64,000 bases of DNA, taken from Octopus sinensis. Its lineage: Eukaryota. The stretch spans positions 10,664,001 to 10,728,000 of the forward strand of contig NC_043015.1 in NCBI RefSeq assembly GCF_006345805.1, written 5' to 3'. Made by a program: the position numbers and the translations under genes. Position 1 is the first letter of the stretch; each line of letters begins with the position of its first letter. Of this stretch, positions 39,369 through 53,663 are shown piece after piece. The notes beneath the pieces were generated by a model. The model saw only the letters and a program-made list of their open reading frames with translations. It was not told the DNA's origin and did not search any database.

Positions 39369-42300
39369 TATATATATATTATATTATATATATATATATG
39401 GATGCATATGTATTATGTGGATTATATATATCCATATAAATGCATATATTCTACGCAATGATAAGATATATATATACGGATGCTTACTATATACTTACAT
39501 AACAAACGATTTTGTCTCTACATATACAGAGTAATGCGAACGCAGATAGACATATGAATTTGTTCCTGCGCATATAAGCCTACATACCTATACACGTACA
39601 TATTTTAATTAATCGCTTTATACATATACATATAAATATATATATATGTGTGTATTCAGGTATATATTGTAGTTATATACAGCACGATTATTTCATATAC
39701 TCCATAAAATTACCTTGTTAAAAGGCGTGAATGTATATACTTATGAACGTATGTATGTACGTTTATATATGTATGTGTGTGTCTAGAGCAAGAGAAAGTG
39801 AGTGAGAGAGAGGAATTTAGGGTGATAGAAAGGGGGAGAGAAAGAAAGGTAGGTAGGCAGATATATATGAATGTATATTTTTGCATCTAAATATATATCT
39901 CCAATGCCGATTACCTCTACTAATATGAAGAAGAAGAAAAAAAAACATCCATTTCAACTCCTCTTTCCGTTGTTTATCCATTCAAATAATCGTAACTGAA
40001 AACTTTATAAAATAGCTGATGGCTAAACAGCATTAGATTTATTTACCCGAATGTAGCTGTTACATCAAGTTCTGGCATTTATGAGTTAACCCCCAACAGC
40101 GAGCAGACATCTACAGACTCTTATGTTCGGTCATAGTTTCGAATATGTCAACAAGTATTTCCGAAAATCGATTGCAATTTATAACAAATGTTTTATGATA
40201 TTTAAAGCTTAGCTGAAGTATACTGATCACAAGCTATACAGTCGAACACATAAATCAGTTCTTTAGTGGGTTTTTTCGTATCTTAAGTTGTCTTCTAATC
40301 ATTTTATTATTCATGAACATAAATATAATATCAGACTGAGACTGATTCTTGTATTTGTTCCCTACATTAGTCTAAATCCTGATGAGAAGTAAATGATTGT
40401 ATATCTCAATGTTGTTTGTTGTTGAAATGAACCTCAAATATTTACTATTTACCAGTTCATTCTACCATTTCGTTTCTAAGCCCGTTTATTTTTTGTCCAA
40501 TATCTGAATGTTGCAATAGTATATGGCTTATTAGTTGGACAGAGCTTCAAAATTATTCCCATCAATTGTTTCATTTTTTTAAATTTTCATTGAATTTGAA
40601 ATGTTTTAGAAATTTAAATACAGTAGTTATTTGTTAACCTAGCATTCTTTCTGTACGTTAAGCTTAAATTATTCCTTATTTTACTTCATTATTCATACAG
40701 AGTGTTCATCTTATCATTCGACACATTTCATATTTGTGCAATATGTCCATGTAAGTAGATATCATTACAGTATTGACCAATAAAACTATAATATTTCAAT
40801 GACGGAAATGCGTTTTAAATTTTACATCTGTTAATTGTAATATAACACATTTAGAGTTCACATATCTGCTTTCGCTTCATTTGTTTGTAGAGAAATTGTT
40901 TATTCAACATAAGTTCACAAAGATATTGATAATAGCTACCGTATCATATCTCAATTGATGTTCGAAATGCGTACTCCAGCTCAAATCTGATCAATTAGGT
41001 CTATGAAAAATAGCTTTCGAGGTACTACCTGCTGGTATTTTCATAGGCATTATCATTCATTCGCTGTTAAACCTGACGGACATGACATTAGGGACGTGTG
41101 GCTTCTGTTTCTAGCAGATAACGTATTTGAAGAGACCATATGGATTTTTCATTGCTGCATCGTTATCTCTCTCAATGTATATATCTATCGTGATATGCAT
41201 TTCTGTTTGCTTCCTAGTTAAGAAATATGAGTGCAGCCTTGCTTGAAACATACTATTTCAAGTTAAATCACATGAAACACAATTCTATCGGTATATGTAC
41301 ATCTCTATTTAAGGGTATTTAATCTCTATCTGGAAAAAAAAAGTGGCGAAATTTATATTGAGCTACATGATGAGCTATCATAGGTCATAACATACATTAA
41401 AATTGGAGTTTTGCCTTCAAACTGCAGAAACGATATTTGTATATTATCGAATAAATAGGTTATGTATGTTATGGTATACAAATATTCATTTTGCGGCGAG
41501 GAAAAAAAAACTCCAATTTAGAATTGTATACAGTTTAATCATTAACACATTGATATATTATTTCTGTTTCTTATAAATCCGTATTTTTTAAATTTAAATG
41601 TATTCCTACGTACTCATCTGATAGCTGTTTGACAGTGGCAAGAAAATATTTTAATCAGCATTTTTGAGATGTTACCATACAAGACTAAATGTGATTATTG
41701 TACGTCTGAAAACGGCAATTCTCAAAATCACTTGAAGCTGATTCTCTTTATTTCCCTGTCAACAAATAATGCTCATCTCTGTCACCGTATTCAAACAGTG
41801 TACTAATTTCCAAAAATTTCGAAGAAGTGAAACTCACCTTTTAATTAAAAAGGACATGCCACTATAATTTCAGTTTATCCAAACATTATAAATCTGTTTG
41901 CTTCCATTTAGTGCGATCTTACATGATTTGCGGAGAAACGTAAATATTAGAGAAAATGTCTGTAATTGGGTTCCATCATTTAGATAATTATATCTTGGAA
42001 TATTTTCATCCAAAGAAGTAAAAATAATCTTCTGCAAATAAGAAACAAAATTACTTTTTATCCGTCAAGTTCATTTTATATTTTATTTAATGTTATAATT
42101 TTCTATTTTTAGGAAAAGACACTAAGAAAACATTTTTCGGATATGACATGGTTCATATTTCCTGTAACAAGATCTTTCTATATTGGCTGTTAATCTTTGC
42201 AAAATATTGCTGCTTAGAATTAATTTGTTGTAAAATTGTGTTCATTAAAAAAAAAAATTGATTATAATCTTGTTCTAATTGCCTACTAGTCGTTTACAAT

Positions 42301-44968
42301 ATCAACCTGTATCTATGTGACAGTTAATAGTCCTCGCATGTCGTAATTTCATTTCAATGGCGAATAAGTTTTTATTTGTATTGGATAAGTCGGTCTACTT
42401 TTACAGTCAATGTGGATGTTTCGTTGAAGTTTTTAACCCTTAGATTTTCCCCTAACTGGGAGGATTTTGTTTCTTTTCCTCATTATGCTTGTGGTTTCAG
42501 TGTGTTATAAATATATAAGTTCTTCTATACTTAACGAGACAAATATTTGATTTTCATCATAGACAGAAATGAATTAACTTGACTTAGCGTAAATAAGTGT
42601 ATACACAAACCCATAAATGTATTTATAAAAGGTTAAGTATTTAATATTATTTTCCTGGAATCGTCAGAAATGTTGGTATAAATATATATGTCCATCTTTT
42701 TCACTTGAATATCGTGTTTTATTAAAGTTTCAACGGGAATTTTTATATAAAAGAATCGGAAAACATATGTAAACATAAAATAAATATTTATGCAAATAAC
42801 CCGTCTCTTATGTAAACATGTTTAATCGATACTGTGTTAATAGGATGGTTAATGAAATTGCTCAAATATTAGATTATTATATTGAATGAAACTTTAAAAC
42901 TGGGGTTATACATTTTACGATCAGAGGCATTGACAATGGCCCGATCTTCTAGCAAATGTGTATTCATATCATTTCACTTCATTTAGCTCTCACTGAACTG
43001 AGATCAGAAACGATAACGAAATAATTGCACCATCTTCAAAGAAAAGAAGAAAATTAAATTCTTCAATCAAAACTGTTTGATATGTTAGCAACTATAATAA
43101 TCAATATATTTGTAAAATAGATAACTCGCATAGCTAACAGAACTCTTGATCTTAATTACGATAAACTGTTCCCTACGGAATGTATCTGCCAATATCTAGT
43201 AAACATGGCCCACCTCAAAAATAACCCGCTGCAGTCTACATATCTTAGTACTGTTATACACTTTGTTCATCAGTGCTATACTAAATAAAGATACTCGTTA
43301 TTAGAAACTTTGACTTTTCAAAGCACTATGCAATTTTTAACTATTTTATAAATATCGTTTCAAAATCTTCCGCTGATTCCTTCTGAACTGATTTCTCTAT
43401 CGCACACGCATATAAACAGACATCTTACACAAGGGTAATGAAAGCAATTGCGTTTGAAGTTATTCCTGGAATGAATCCAAATTTAACTTTTCCTTTGCAA
43501 TTTGCCTCTTCTTTACATTTGAAATCTAGTCTTCACAGTTCATAGGCAACACTAAATTCATCCATTTATTATCAAATATCGGATCGAGAGTCTTCTTTTT
43601 TTCCGTTTCTTTCCCAATATAACAAAATAAACCAGAGAGGCTTTATAACGAAATTCGCTTTTATCAATGCGTTGTTTCGACAGAAATTTTCTGAATAGGT
43701 GATCAAGTTACTAACGTACAGAAGGAAAAGGCTACGAACATCAACAAAGACTGAGTAAAATGCAATCTTTTTTTTATTTCTTGAGAATATAATTTGTCTT
43801 AATTGTTTAACAACAAATGTACTGAATTAGACGTCTTAACGATTTTCGTTACCAGAATGATTTTTACAAATACACAGAGTAACGACATTAGACACCATCG
43901 CACATATAGACATATATACACACATATAACCTACACAAATTCTTTGTGGAAGAGCTATTTAAAAACACAAATTTTTAAAATAATTTATAATCGCACATGT
44001 ATATAAGTGCTCCATTACATTCACAGATTCCGTCGATATTCTCTGCACTCTGGCTACATGATAACAGTAGGTCATTTGCAATTCAAAAGAAGAGAGGTAC
44101 TGTTCAGCTCGGTGAGCCGCTAACCATAGTTTATCACATTTCTGATGGCAGTAATATTCAGAAATTAATGACAAGTGAAATAGTTATCATACTTAATGGA
44201 AAAACTATCATATCTATTATGTTAATGCTGGAAAATTAACATGTTATCACAGATGAACAAAGCAGCCAAACTGCGCAACGCATAGTCATACGTGTTTGTG
44301 CTTGTGGTATACTTGTTTAATAACTGCATTGACATCAGACATTAACACTGAAACTATAACATTGTATAAGATACATGCAAAGCATTAAATAACACGTACG
44401 CACCCATACAAATACACACATACACACAAATACACACATACACACATATATACACATATTGAGATTTAAGTTGGGGTCCTTTGGCGACAATGTCGCCTTC
44501 ATTTCAGTAATGTATTTTTGGGTTGATGAGCAGCTAGTGGAGTATCATACGTTGAGTAATTACTATCGCCGAGATTCTGCTACTTAGGAAACATATGTAG
44601 CCTGGATTGTACCTGCTCCATTCCCAAAATTTGTATTTTTATTCCCACATATAGCAATACCAGTTGCTAACCGTGAACTGCAAAAATTTACAATCTTCTA
44701 CGTCAATAGACCAGTATCCTGAAAGTTATATATTTACACCTTCTACGGACTGCCCGAAACTAACTGCCAGCCTACACATGGATCCTTGGATCTTTCATTT
44801 ACTCATCATATATATAGATATATAAATAGATACATACATAGAAACATAATTACATATATCTTTGTAGATGTGTATATACTAAATATTTATGAATGTTTAT
44901 GAATCAGTGTCATTCCGTGCATATGTACAATTATACGTTATATAATTACATGCGTACGTATATGCATG

Positions 44969-45049
<81 letters not shown>

Positions 45050-45051
<2 letters not shown>

Positions 45052-45230
45052 TGTCATGATAGATTGTTAGCCACTACACATTTTTTCTCACCTTGTTTTC
45101 TGTGTCCCTTTCTGTAGAAAAGCGTAGGCTCGAAACGTAAAAGACTTTTTCTATTCCTGAGCGTCATACTAATACATCTGTTTGTTTGGTACATCACCTG
45201 TCTTCGGCTTTTGTTTTTTTCGTAAACTCT

Positions 45231-45235
<5 letters not shown>
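45050..45235 (+). repeat. Short interspersed module with a hammerhead-like motif, embedded in (TA)n
   Basis: Paralog of 20555-20735; motif at 45108-45143 CTTT-CTGTAGA-A-AAGC(GTAG)GCTC-GAAA-CGTA-AAAG. Confidence 0.85.
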
Positions 45236-45285
<50 letters not shown>

Positions 45286-46199
45286 TGTGAGTGTGTGTAT
45301 ATATATATTTGTATGTATATATTTATATATGTATTTAAGTATGTATGTATACATATCGGGGAGTCTGCATCGGCTAGTTTGTATTGGTATTGAGTCCTAT
45401 AACTTGTAATAAACATCTATAACATCGTAAAAGTTGTAATTGACGTCTAACCAAGTCTAATATTTCGAAATCATTCAGTTTGTACGTTTTCGGTCCACAT
45501 AATATATAACAGCAAATACATGCGTTACGAAAACCTTCAAATTATATATATATATATGAAATACGCTATTCAACAATACACTACGGTCTGTTGAATTGTG
45601 TATTTGTCATATAATTCCGTACATATTTAAGTAAAATAAACGACATGTCATTTAAACGCTTTCGTTTTCATACGGAAATGAAGATGTATCCAAAACAGTT
45701 CTGGCGACATTCTCTTCATAATAAATAAGTAAGAACTTCCTTTATTTCTATATGTTTGCAACTGCGATCCATATCGAATACACTTTCGCTCAGTCTCATA
45801 AATCAATTACTGTTTATTTCTATGATAAATATAAGAAAATATATGATTTTATAATGTATAAGTTTATAAAATATCATTTTATATAATTTCAGCTACAATA
45901 AAGAACGAGAAAGAAAATTGTGCCTTTCAACAACACATCTCTTTGCTTCATATGTCAATGGAAGTTTCGATACTGCAATCAGGTGTAGTGAAATTAAAAG
46001 TGTTTCTTTTAAGAATATATCTTGAATGTGTTTGGCATAAATGATTTTTTTTTTTTACAGTAATATAAATGTTTCGCTATAACAGACATTTTATTAATGG
46101 AGCTATTTTGTTTAACGTTCAAGAACCACTTGATATATAAACGAAGAAGAATTTTTAAGACATGTCATTTCAACTGAAATAATTATAATTGAAACCTGA

Positions 46200-47100
46200 C
46201 TGGTTTTTAACCGGAAATCTCCACTAAGGTAGTAATGTTCTAGCAAAGAAGAGAGGAGAAAGGTAGAAGCTTAATATCAGTGCAGACATCCTTCGAATGT
46301 TATATAGTCTCTTTCAAATAGCAGATGCTAAACAGTAGCAAACATCAGTGCTGGATAAAGAGAATAATATCCTAAGTATCGGCAGCGAGATTCCCAGGAA
46401 GCGCTCTCTTCTTGATAACCTCTTATAAAACCCTCAAACAACCGAACAAACATACTTTAAAGCAGAACTGGTTGTTAAACGCACAGCATAACAATCTGGA
46501 AAGACTATGTATGTGCCTCGACGACTTGAAGAAGACAGTGATATGGACATGAAGTGCAGCCTCTTTCGAATTCTTGACTGCTGCATCGTATCACACTTCG
46601 AAGTCTATGCATTTTCAGTACAAGTACAGGGGATCGCTAAACAAAAGACACAGTAAAGTTCTTAGAGCAAAATGGTAGTTGCAACGGAAAACGCAAATTA
46701 TATCATCATATTTCTGTGGAAGGCATCATTCATGCGTTCAGAAACTGCCCGAAAATGTCATGAAGGTTCTACCTTCCTATACAACAAGACGTCGTGGAAA
46801 ACAAAATCAATATGCAATGCCATTCGGAAAAATGAAAATGATGGTGTTGGAATATATGTAGCGAATCCCCGAATACATATATAAACATCAACACAAGGAA
46901 ATTCTAAAATGTCTCTCAAGTTTAAATCTAACAGGTCGGATATTTTTGTTTGGCACAGACAAGAAACTGTAGGCACCGCCACAGTGGCCAGCTGTCTTGT
47001 TGATATGAATATCTCTTAGAAAATCAAAGACAAGAAAAGTAACTATGGACGACCGCTTCGAAAACTTCAGCTCCGGTATTAAAGTAATAAAGAGAAATTT
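46200..47100 (+). mobile_element. Highly decayed RTE-like RT fragment
   Basis: Vestigial MCLDDLKK (cf. .F.DLEKAFD) and FSVQV-G (cf. V.VG..QG) motifs; many stops and frameshifts. Confidence 0.4.
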
Positions 47101-47280
47101 ATATCAATCATAATAGGTGGGCTTGGTTTTGTAACTCAATGCCCTAGAAACAATAGGGATAGGCTATCGTTTGCAAAAAAACTAAACCATTTAAGCTGCA
47201 CATGACAAATACAACCTGTCAGTGCAATAGTAAAATATGCAAGATTTTCTCAAGTTTTGTATTCTTCTATTTTTCTACTC

Positions 47281-47435
47281 TCTGACTTGTTTCAGTCATT
47301 TGAATGTGACCATGCTGTCGCACCGCCTTAATGGCTGTTAGTTCAAGAAATCAAGCTTATTTCTTGAACTTATACTTATTCTATCGGTCTCTTTTACCAA
47401 ATCACTAGCTTACCAGCATCGGTTGTCAAGTGATG
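47281..47435 (-). mobile_element. 3' module of the composite SINE
   Basis: Reverse complement matches gacaaccgatgctgg...gagaccgatagaataagta...gcatggtcacattcaaatgactgaaacaag. Confidence 0.65.
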
Positions 47436-47832
47436 CCGATATATTATAATGCGATGTCACTTTGTGACAAGTGAGAGAACATATGAACGAATATCTCCCT
47501 ATAATTCATTAATGTTCACGTTTTCTATGACCAAGTAGCTACAGATAGCATTATTTCGCACTTATTGAAGCTTAATGATACAACGTAACTTGAGACCATC
47601 AAACTATATTGTCTGTTCATTTAAAGCATTCCAAAATTATATACTCTCGATTTTCTTTCCTCCTTTTATTATTTGTTACAATCTTAATAATGTAGGAAAG
47701 AAAGAAATGAAGAGATAGACGCAAGGTAATGAAAGACTCAGAGTCGTTTAAAATTAACATCACACACACATGCATATGTATACATATACATACATATATG
47801 TATATATATAATATATATATATATAATATATA

Positions 47833-47872
<40 letters not shown>

Positions 47873-48039
47873 AATATTAGGGAATAAATCCAAATTTACA
47901 GGGAAAAATCAGATTTAGGATTGAATCCAATTGTATAGTAAAATATTATATAATATTAATTAGAGACAAAACCACTATTTTGCAAATAAAACAAGGAAAG
48001 ACTTAATCAATACATAAAAAAAATTAATATAAAGTAAAT

Positions 48040-48093
48040 AAATCGCCTCTACAATTGTTTCCTGTCTTCAAATGACATTCATCAGGTGGATTT
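48040..48093 (-). ncRNA. Type I hammerhead-like motif in the left arm
   Basis: AAATCCAC-CTGATGA-A-TGTC(ATTTGAA)GACA-G-GAAA-CAATTG-TA-GAGGCGATTT. Confidence 0.5.
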
Positions 48094-48702
48094 CATATCT
48101 AAAAATATCAATATTTAAAAAAATAAATTTAAAATGGCTAAAACTATAAATAATATAAATTTATCAATTAAAAAATATAAAAATATATAATCTATATATA
48201 ATCTATATATAATATAATCAAGAACTAAAATAACCTCTATAAACAATTGAATATAAAGAAACCTATTATTAAAGTTCTCATATTTAAAGATGAAGAATCT
48301 AATTTCAAAAAACAAAAAACAAAAAACAAAAAACAAAAAACAAAAATAAAAATAAACTATATATACACACATGCTCATACACATATATCTAAGTATATAT
48401 AAACATATCTAAATACATACACTAACTCACACGCCCATATATATCTCTATACATACACATAAACATCTAGGCAACGATAAATTAATAAAATAGCCAAATA
48501 CTTCAACACATTACTTATTCATACTCCCTCACACACACATACAACCCTCATTCATAAACACACTCACTCTGCATGACAACCACACAACCAGCATCCGCAT
48601 ATACTCAACCACAACAATATAAACATTTCATTCTTAGCAAGAAACTACCAAATACCAAATACCACATATATACCACAACAATACATAAATACTTAAACCA
48701 AA

Positions 48703-48890
48703 CACACACACACACATATCCAAATACCACATGCATGCAACAAACATACACAAATACGCAAATAAACACACACACACACATATCCAAATACCACATGCAT
48801 GCAACAAACATAGACACACACATATCCAAATACCACATGCATGCAACAAACATACACAAATACGCAAACAAACACACACACACACATTTA
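48703..48890. repeat. ~50-60-bp CA-rich tandem repeat, 3 copies
   Basis: cacacatatccaaataccacatgcatgcaacaaacata repeated three times. Confidence 0.9.
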
Positions 48891-49905
48891 CACATACATA
48901 AACACTCAAAAGAAAAACAACATTTCTACACATAAACAATGCACACCCACTCACATTCACACACAATCACTCAAATACAACCGCACTCCTACCGCCACTC
49001 CAACACAGATGAGTAACAAATTTAGCAGATACATACTCTCAGCCACTTACATACAGTAATATTCCCTACTCAGCAATATACTATTAAAAAAAACCCCAAC
49101 ACCACTCTAAAACAAATTTATGAATGTGAATAATAACTTATATTGAGATATTATATTAATAAATCATTTAAAAACAGACCTATCTATTTATCAAAGTATG
49201 TCTAAATTATTGATAATTAATAACAAAGAAAATACGATAAATAGAACACTCCATAAGCAACAAGATTAACATAAGCAACAAGATTAACATAAGGAGAAAA
49301 AAATACATACCTTCTATTCAATTTTAAAGTTATGAAGTGAATTTAAAGTCTAACCATTATAACGTATAGAACATATTTATAATAAATTCTCTGCGCGTTA
49401 TGAACGAACGTTATTTAAAATTATGAATGGAATAGAATGGAATAATATGTTAATAAACGTAATTAGACAGAACTATAAAAGTCTTTAATAAAACAATCAT
49501 GATAAACGAAACCCATATATACATATAATGATAAAACCTCCCTTTAACCATACACAATAACATACCTATATAGCAATCCCCTAATCTATACATTCACATA
49601 CAAATACACACACGTATAACACATACCCACAACATATACATATACCCACTCACACATACATATACATACGTACAAAACTCGATATATACACCAATATATT
49701 CACACCCACACCCATAAAGATAAATAAATAAATATATATACATCCATAAATATATATATATATATTATATATATATATATTATGTGAAATAGAAAGATGA
49801 ATAATCTTGTAGTAGATTAATCTTCGCCATGGGCTCTTAGGAGCATAGTTCGATTTGTTTTTGCTCCGCCTCTGTTCTGTTTTTGTTTTTCCAACGGATT
49901 TCCTA

Positions 49906-49994
49906 TTTTCTTCCTGAAGAGAAAGACACAATATGGTCCCATATTCAATCGGATTTTGGTAATTTGTGCCTTTCGAAACACGTGTAGAATGAAA
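49906..49994 (+). ncRNA. Type I hammerhead ribozyme with canonical core
   Basis: TTTTCTTC-CTGAAGA-GAAAGACACAA(loop)TTGTGCCTTTC-GAAA-CACGTG-TA-GAATGAAA; all core positions and the G10.1-C11.1 pair are present; predicted GUA cleavage after 49986. Confidence 0.75.
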
Positions 49995-51261
49995 TAAAAC
50001 GATTTCTGTTCAATCTGCGTTCAGCTCCATTTCTTCAATTCACCAAAATTTTATATATATATATATGTATATATATATAATATATATATATAATATATAC
50101 ACTCACACATATCATCAAATCACATATATATAAAAATACACACATTCACAAAAAAATAAAAAAATGAATATTTATTATATGTATATATGAGTGTGTACAC
50201 GCAAACGGGTGCAATCTCACGCACAATCAAACGTGCATGTATACAAGTGCATACACAATCACACGCATTTACATGTGCACTCATGCACTCCCGCATCTAC
50301 ACATGCACTTATACACGCGCACACGTGCACACACGCCCATGCACATGCATATTCACGGACACCCTCCTAAACATCTAAATATACGTATATATGGCTACAA
50401 ACAATACCCAAATAAAAATAATCAACATACCAAGCTATAATACATGGGGACTAAATTTACTAAAAAATTCTTTAATAAAACAATCATGATAAACGAAATC
50501 CATACATACAAATATAATGATAAAACCCCCTTCCCAAATACACAATACACACAAATACACGCACATATATTTACACACACCCATAAACATATACATATAC
50601 ACACTCACACATACATATACATACATACAATACTCGGTATATACACCAATATATTCACTCCCACAGCCATATAGATTAATAAATAAATACATATACAAAC
50701 ATAAATATATATATATATATATATAAATATATAAAATATATATATATATACATTCACACATATCATCACATACGCATATATATAAAATACACACTTTCAA
50801 AAAAGTAAATAAATAAATAAATATTTATTATATGTATATATGAGTATGTACACGCAAACGGGTGCAATCAAACGCACATTCAAACATGCATGTATACAAG
50901 TGCATAAACAATCACACTCAATTACATAGCACTCATGCACTCCCGCATCTACACTTACACTTGTACACGCGCACAGATGCATACACACCCATACATACAT
51001 ATTCACGGACACCCTCCTTAATATCTATATAAACGTTTTTTGAAATTAGATTCTTCATCTTTAAATATGAGAACGTTAATAATAGGTTTATTTATATTCA
51101 ATTGTTTATAGAGGTTATTTTAGTTCTTGATTATATTATATATATATATATAGATTGTATATAGATTATATATTTTTATATTTTTTAATTGATAAATTTA
51201 TATTATTTATAGTTTTAGCCATTTTAAATTTATTTTTTAAATATTGATATTTTTAGATATG

Positions 51262-51315
51262 AAATCCACCTGATGAATGTCATTTGAAGACAGGAAACAA
51301 TTGTAGTTGCGATTT
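51262..51315 (+). ncRNA. Type I hammerhead-like motif in the right arm
   Basis: AAATCCAC-CTGATGA-A-TGTC(ATTTGAA)GACA-G-GAAA-CAATTG-TA-GTTGCGATTT. Confidence 0.5.
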
Positions 51316-51421
51316 ATTTACTTTATATTAAATTTTTTATGTATTGATTAGTCTTTCCTTGTTTGATTTGCAAAATAGTGGTTTTGTCTCTAATTAATAT
51401 TATATATATACATATATATAT

Positions 51422-51522
<101 letters not shown>

Positions 51523-51572
51523 GTATAAACTCACGTGGATATGGATGCGTCGCGTTCATAAATAATAAATAC

Positions 51573-51603
<31 letters not shown>

Positions 51604-52728
51604 ATATATATATATATATGTGTGTGTATATATATATATATATATATGCATATATGAGTACAGGGCGTCACGAAAGTTCCAAATAACATGACATATGTAA
51701 ACAAACGAGTGAAATACGTAAACAATGAGAAAAAATGTAAACACGCACAACTAAACACAGAGAGGACCCTTAATCAGTTATCGGCTCTCTATCTACTTCT
51801 CATTTCGAGCATTCAAAGACAATATGAGTCCTTAAACATAATTGCTCCTATAAATTCTAACATAAAAGTTGGGAACAACAATATAACAATGGAGACATAC
51901 AAGGAAACCGAACGAAAACTAACATGGCGGGTCGTTAGACCAGAATGAGAGGAAAATAATGAACGCTGGGAGAAGCATTTTTTTTTAAAAGAGAAGAGAT
52001 AGAAGAGAGAGTGAGGAAACACACTGTTCTTTAAAACGTCCGTGCAGGAAAAGAAAATGTTCACGTGAAGAAAAGTAAGATGGACGATGTTTACATATGT
52101 CCAACGAGACAAAGAGAGAAAGAGAAAGAGGGGAGAGAGAGACAGATATAAAGCGCTGAAGGAAAGAGGGATCAAAATGGAATTACAGAAGGATTGAGGA
52201 AGAAAATAATATAGACAGTCCAATAGGTGATGAAAAACCTACTTGGAAATGGATGTGACGCGTTCAATTAAATCATAGATAACGGGCCTGTCTCTGTGTT
52301 TACTTGTCCTGTTTTATCCGTTTTTCTCGTTGTTTACGTAATTCATGTTATTCCCACCATTGGTGATGTCCTGTACCCATACATACATGCATGATGTATA
52401 TATATATATATTATTTAATATTTAATTGAACACGACGCATCCATTGCAAGTAAGTTTCTCTTCACCACTTTGGTGCGACTCTCAACTCTATACTGTTGTC
52501 TTCCCCTATCCTACTCTAATTCACATTTCCCCTCCCTTTCCTTATCATCCTCTCTCTCTCTCTCTCTCGCTGCTGACTCGTGACCATAATCCATCTGTAG
52601 CCATAAATGCACATACACACACAAACATATATATATTTATTATTTATTGTACATATATATATATATATATATCTATATACATATACTCATATATATATAC
52701 ATATACATATATACAAATACATATACTC

Positions 52729-52787
<59 letters not shown>

Positions 52788-52962
52788 GTCTATCTGTCTA
52801 TCTATGCATCTATTTTTAGACAAATATTAACCAGAGGAAATTCATTAATATAAATGTGAATTTCTTATAAATTCACAAGTTGATATGAAAGGAAACAAAT
52901 TAAAGGATATATAATTGTTTAATTATTTGTTACATTATATTATATTATATCTTTTCATAGTA

Positions 52963-52993
<31 letters not shown>

Positions 52994-53181
52994 GAGTATA
53001 TGTATATGTATATATATAATTATTAGTATTATTATTCAATCGAAGGAAGAAATTTCCTTCAAAGGGATGGAAAACTTCCAATTTTCACTGGTTCTTCAGT
53101 TATGTACCACAGTATAGGAGAGCATAAACCAGAACTTAAAATGGTATAATTTCAATATATAATTTTTTTTTCTTTCTATCA

Positions 53182-53254
53182 TATGCCACGGTGTAGGATG
53201 GAACCTGAATTCACATGATCTGGAAGCAAGCTTGTTACCACAAAGTCACGCCTA
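53182..53254 (-). mobile_element. CORE-like SINE head fragment
   Basis: Reverse complement aggcgtgactttgtggtaacaagcttgcttccagatcatgtgaattcaggttcc. Confidence 0.55.
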
Positions 53255-53663
53255 TAATATACTGAAAACAGTTATGTCACCCAATGCTTTTCATAAGCAT
53301 AACAATTGAAGGAATATAAGTAATACTGCACTCGATTAATGAGTGTTTCGCAAGAAATTCAATGGTAGATGTTGAACGATCCAAATATATACGCTTGTGT
53401 CGTTCTGCAAATTATCAACAACTTCGCATACGACACTCAATAGCAGGAGACAAAAATAAATTACCAAGCATGTACCAAGCGACGCATCTCTCTTACCAAA
53501 ATATGTGTAACAGAAGAAACAAATTCTTAGCTACAGTATCAAGGGAAGAGGAATGACAACAAAAGCGATAGCAGAGGTTAATTAATCACTTGCGTAATAC
53601 GTTAAGTGCAAGGCCTATGGATGGTTGTCAGATTCAGTGCCAAAAGGAAAGGCAAAATTTCTG

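Larger units (their letters stand above)
47951..51402. repeat. 3.45-kb structure bounded by ~365-bp inverted repeats
   Basis: 47951-48312 is close to the reverse complement of 51036-51402; the interior has CA-rich tandem repeats and a direct duplication. Confidence 0.9.

Noticed and set aside
42635-42675. Minus-strand CTGACGA...GAAA hammerhead
   Set aside because: No stem II and a poor stem III; consistent with chance.
43997-44239. 80-aa ORF as a gene
   Set aside because: No homology recognised and no convincing splice context.
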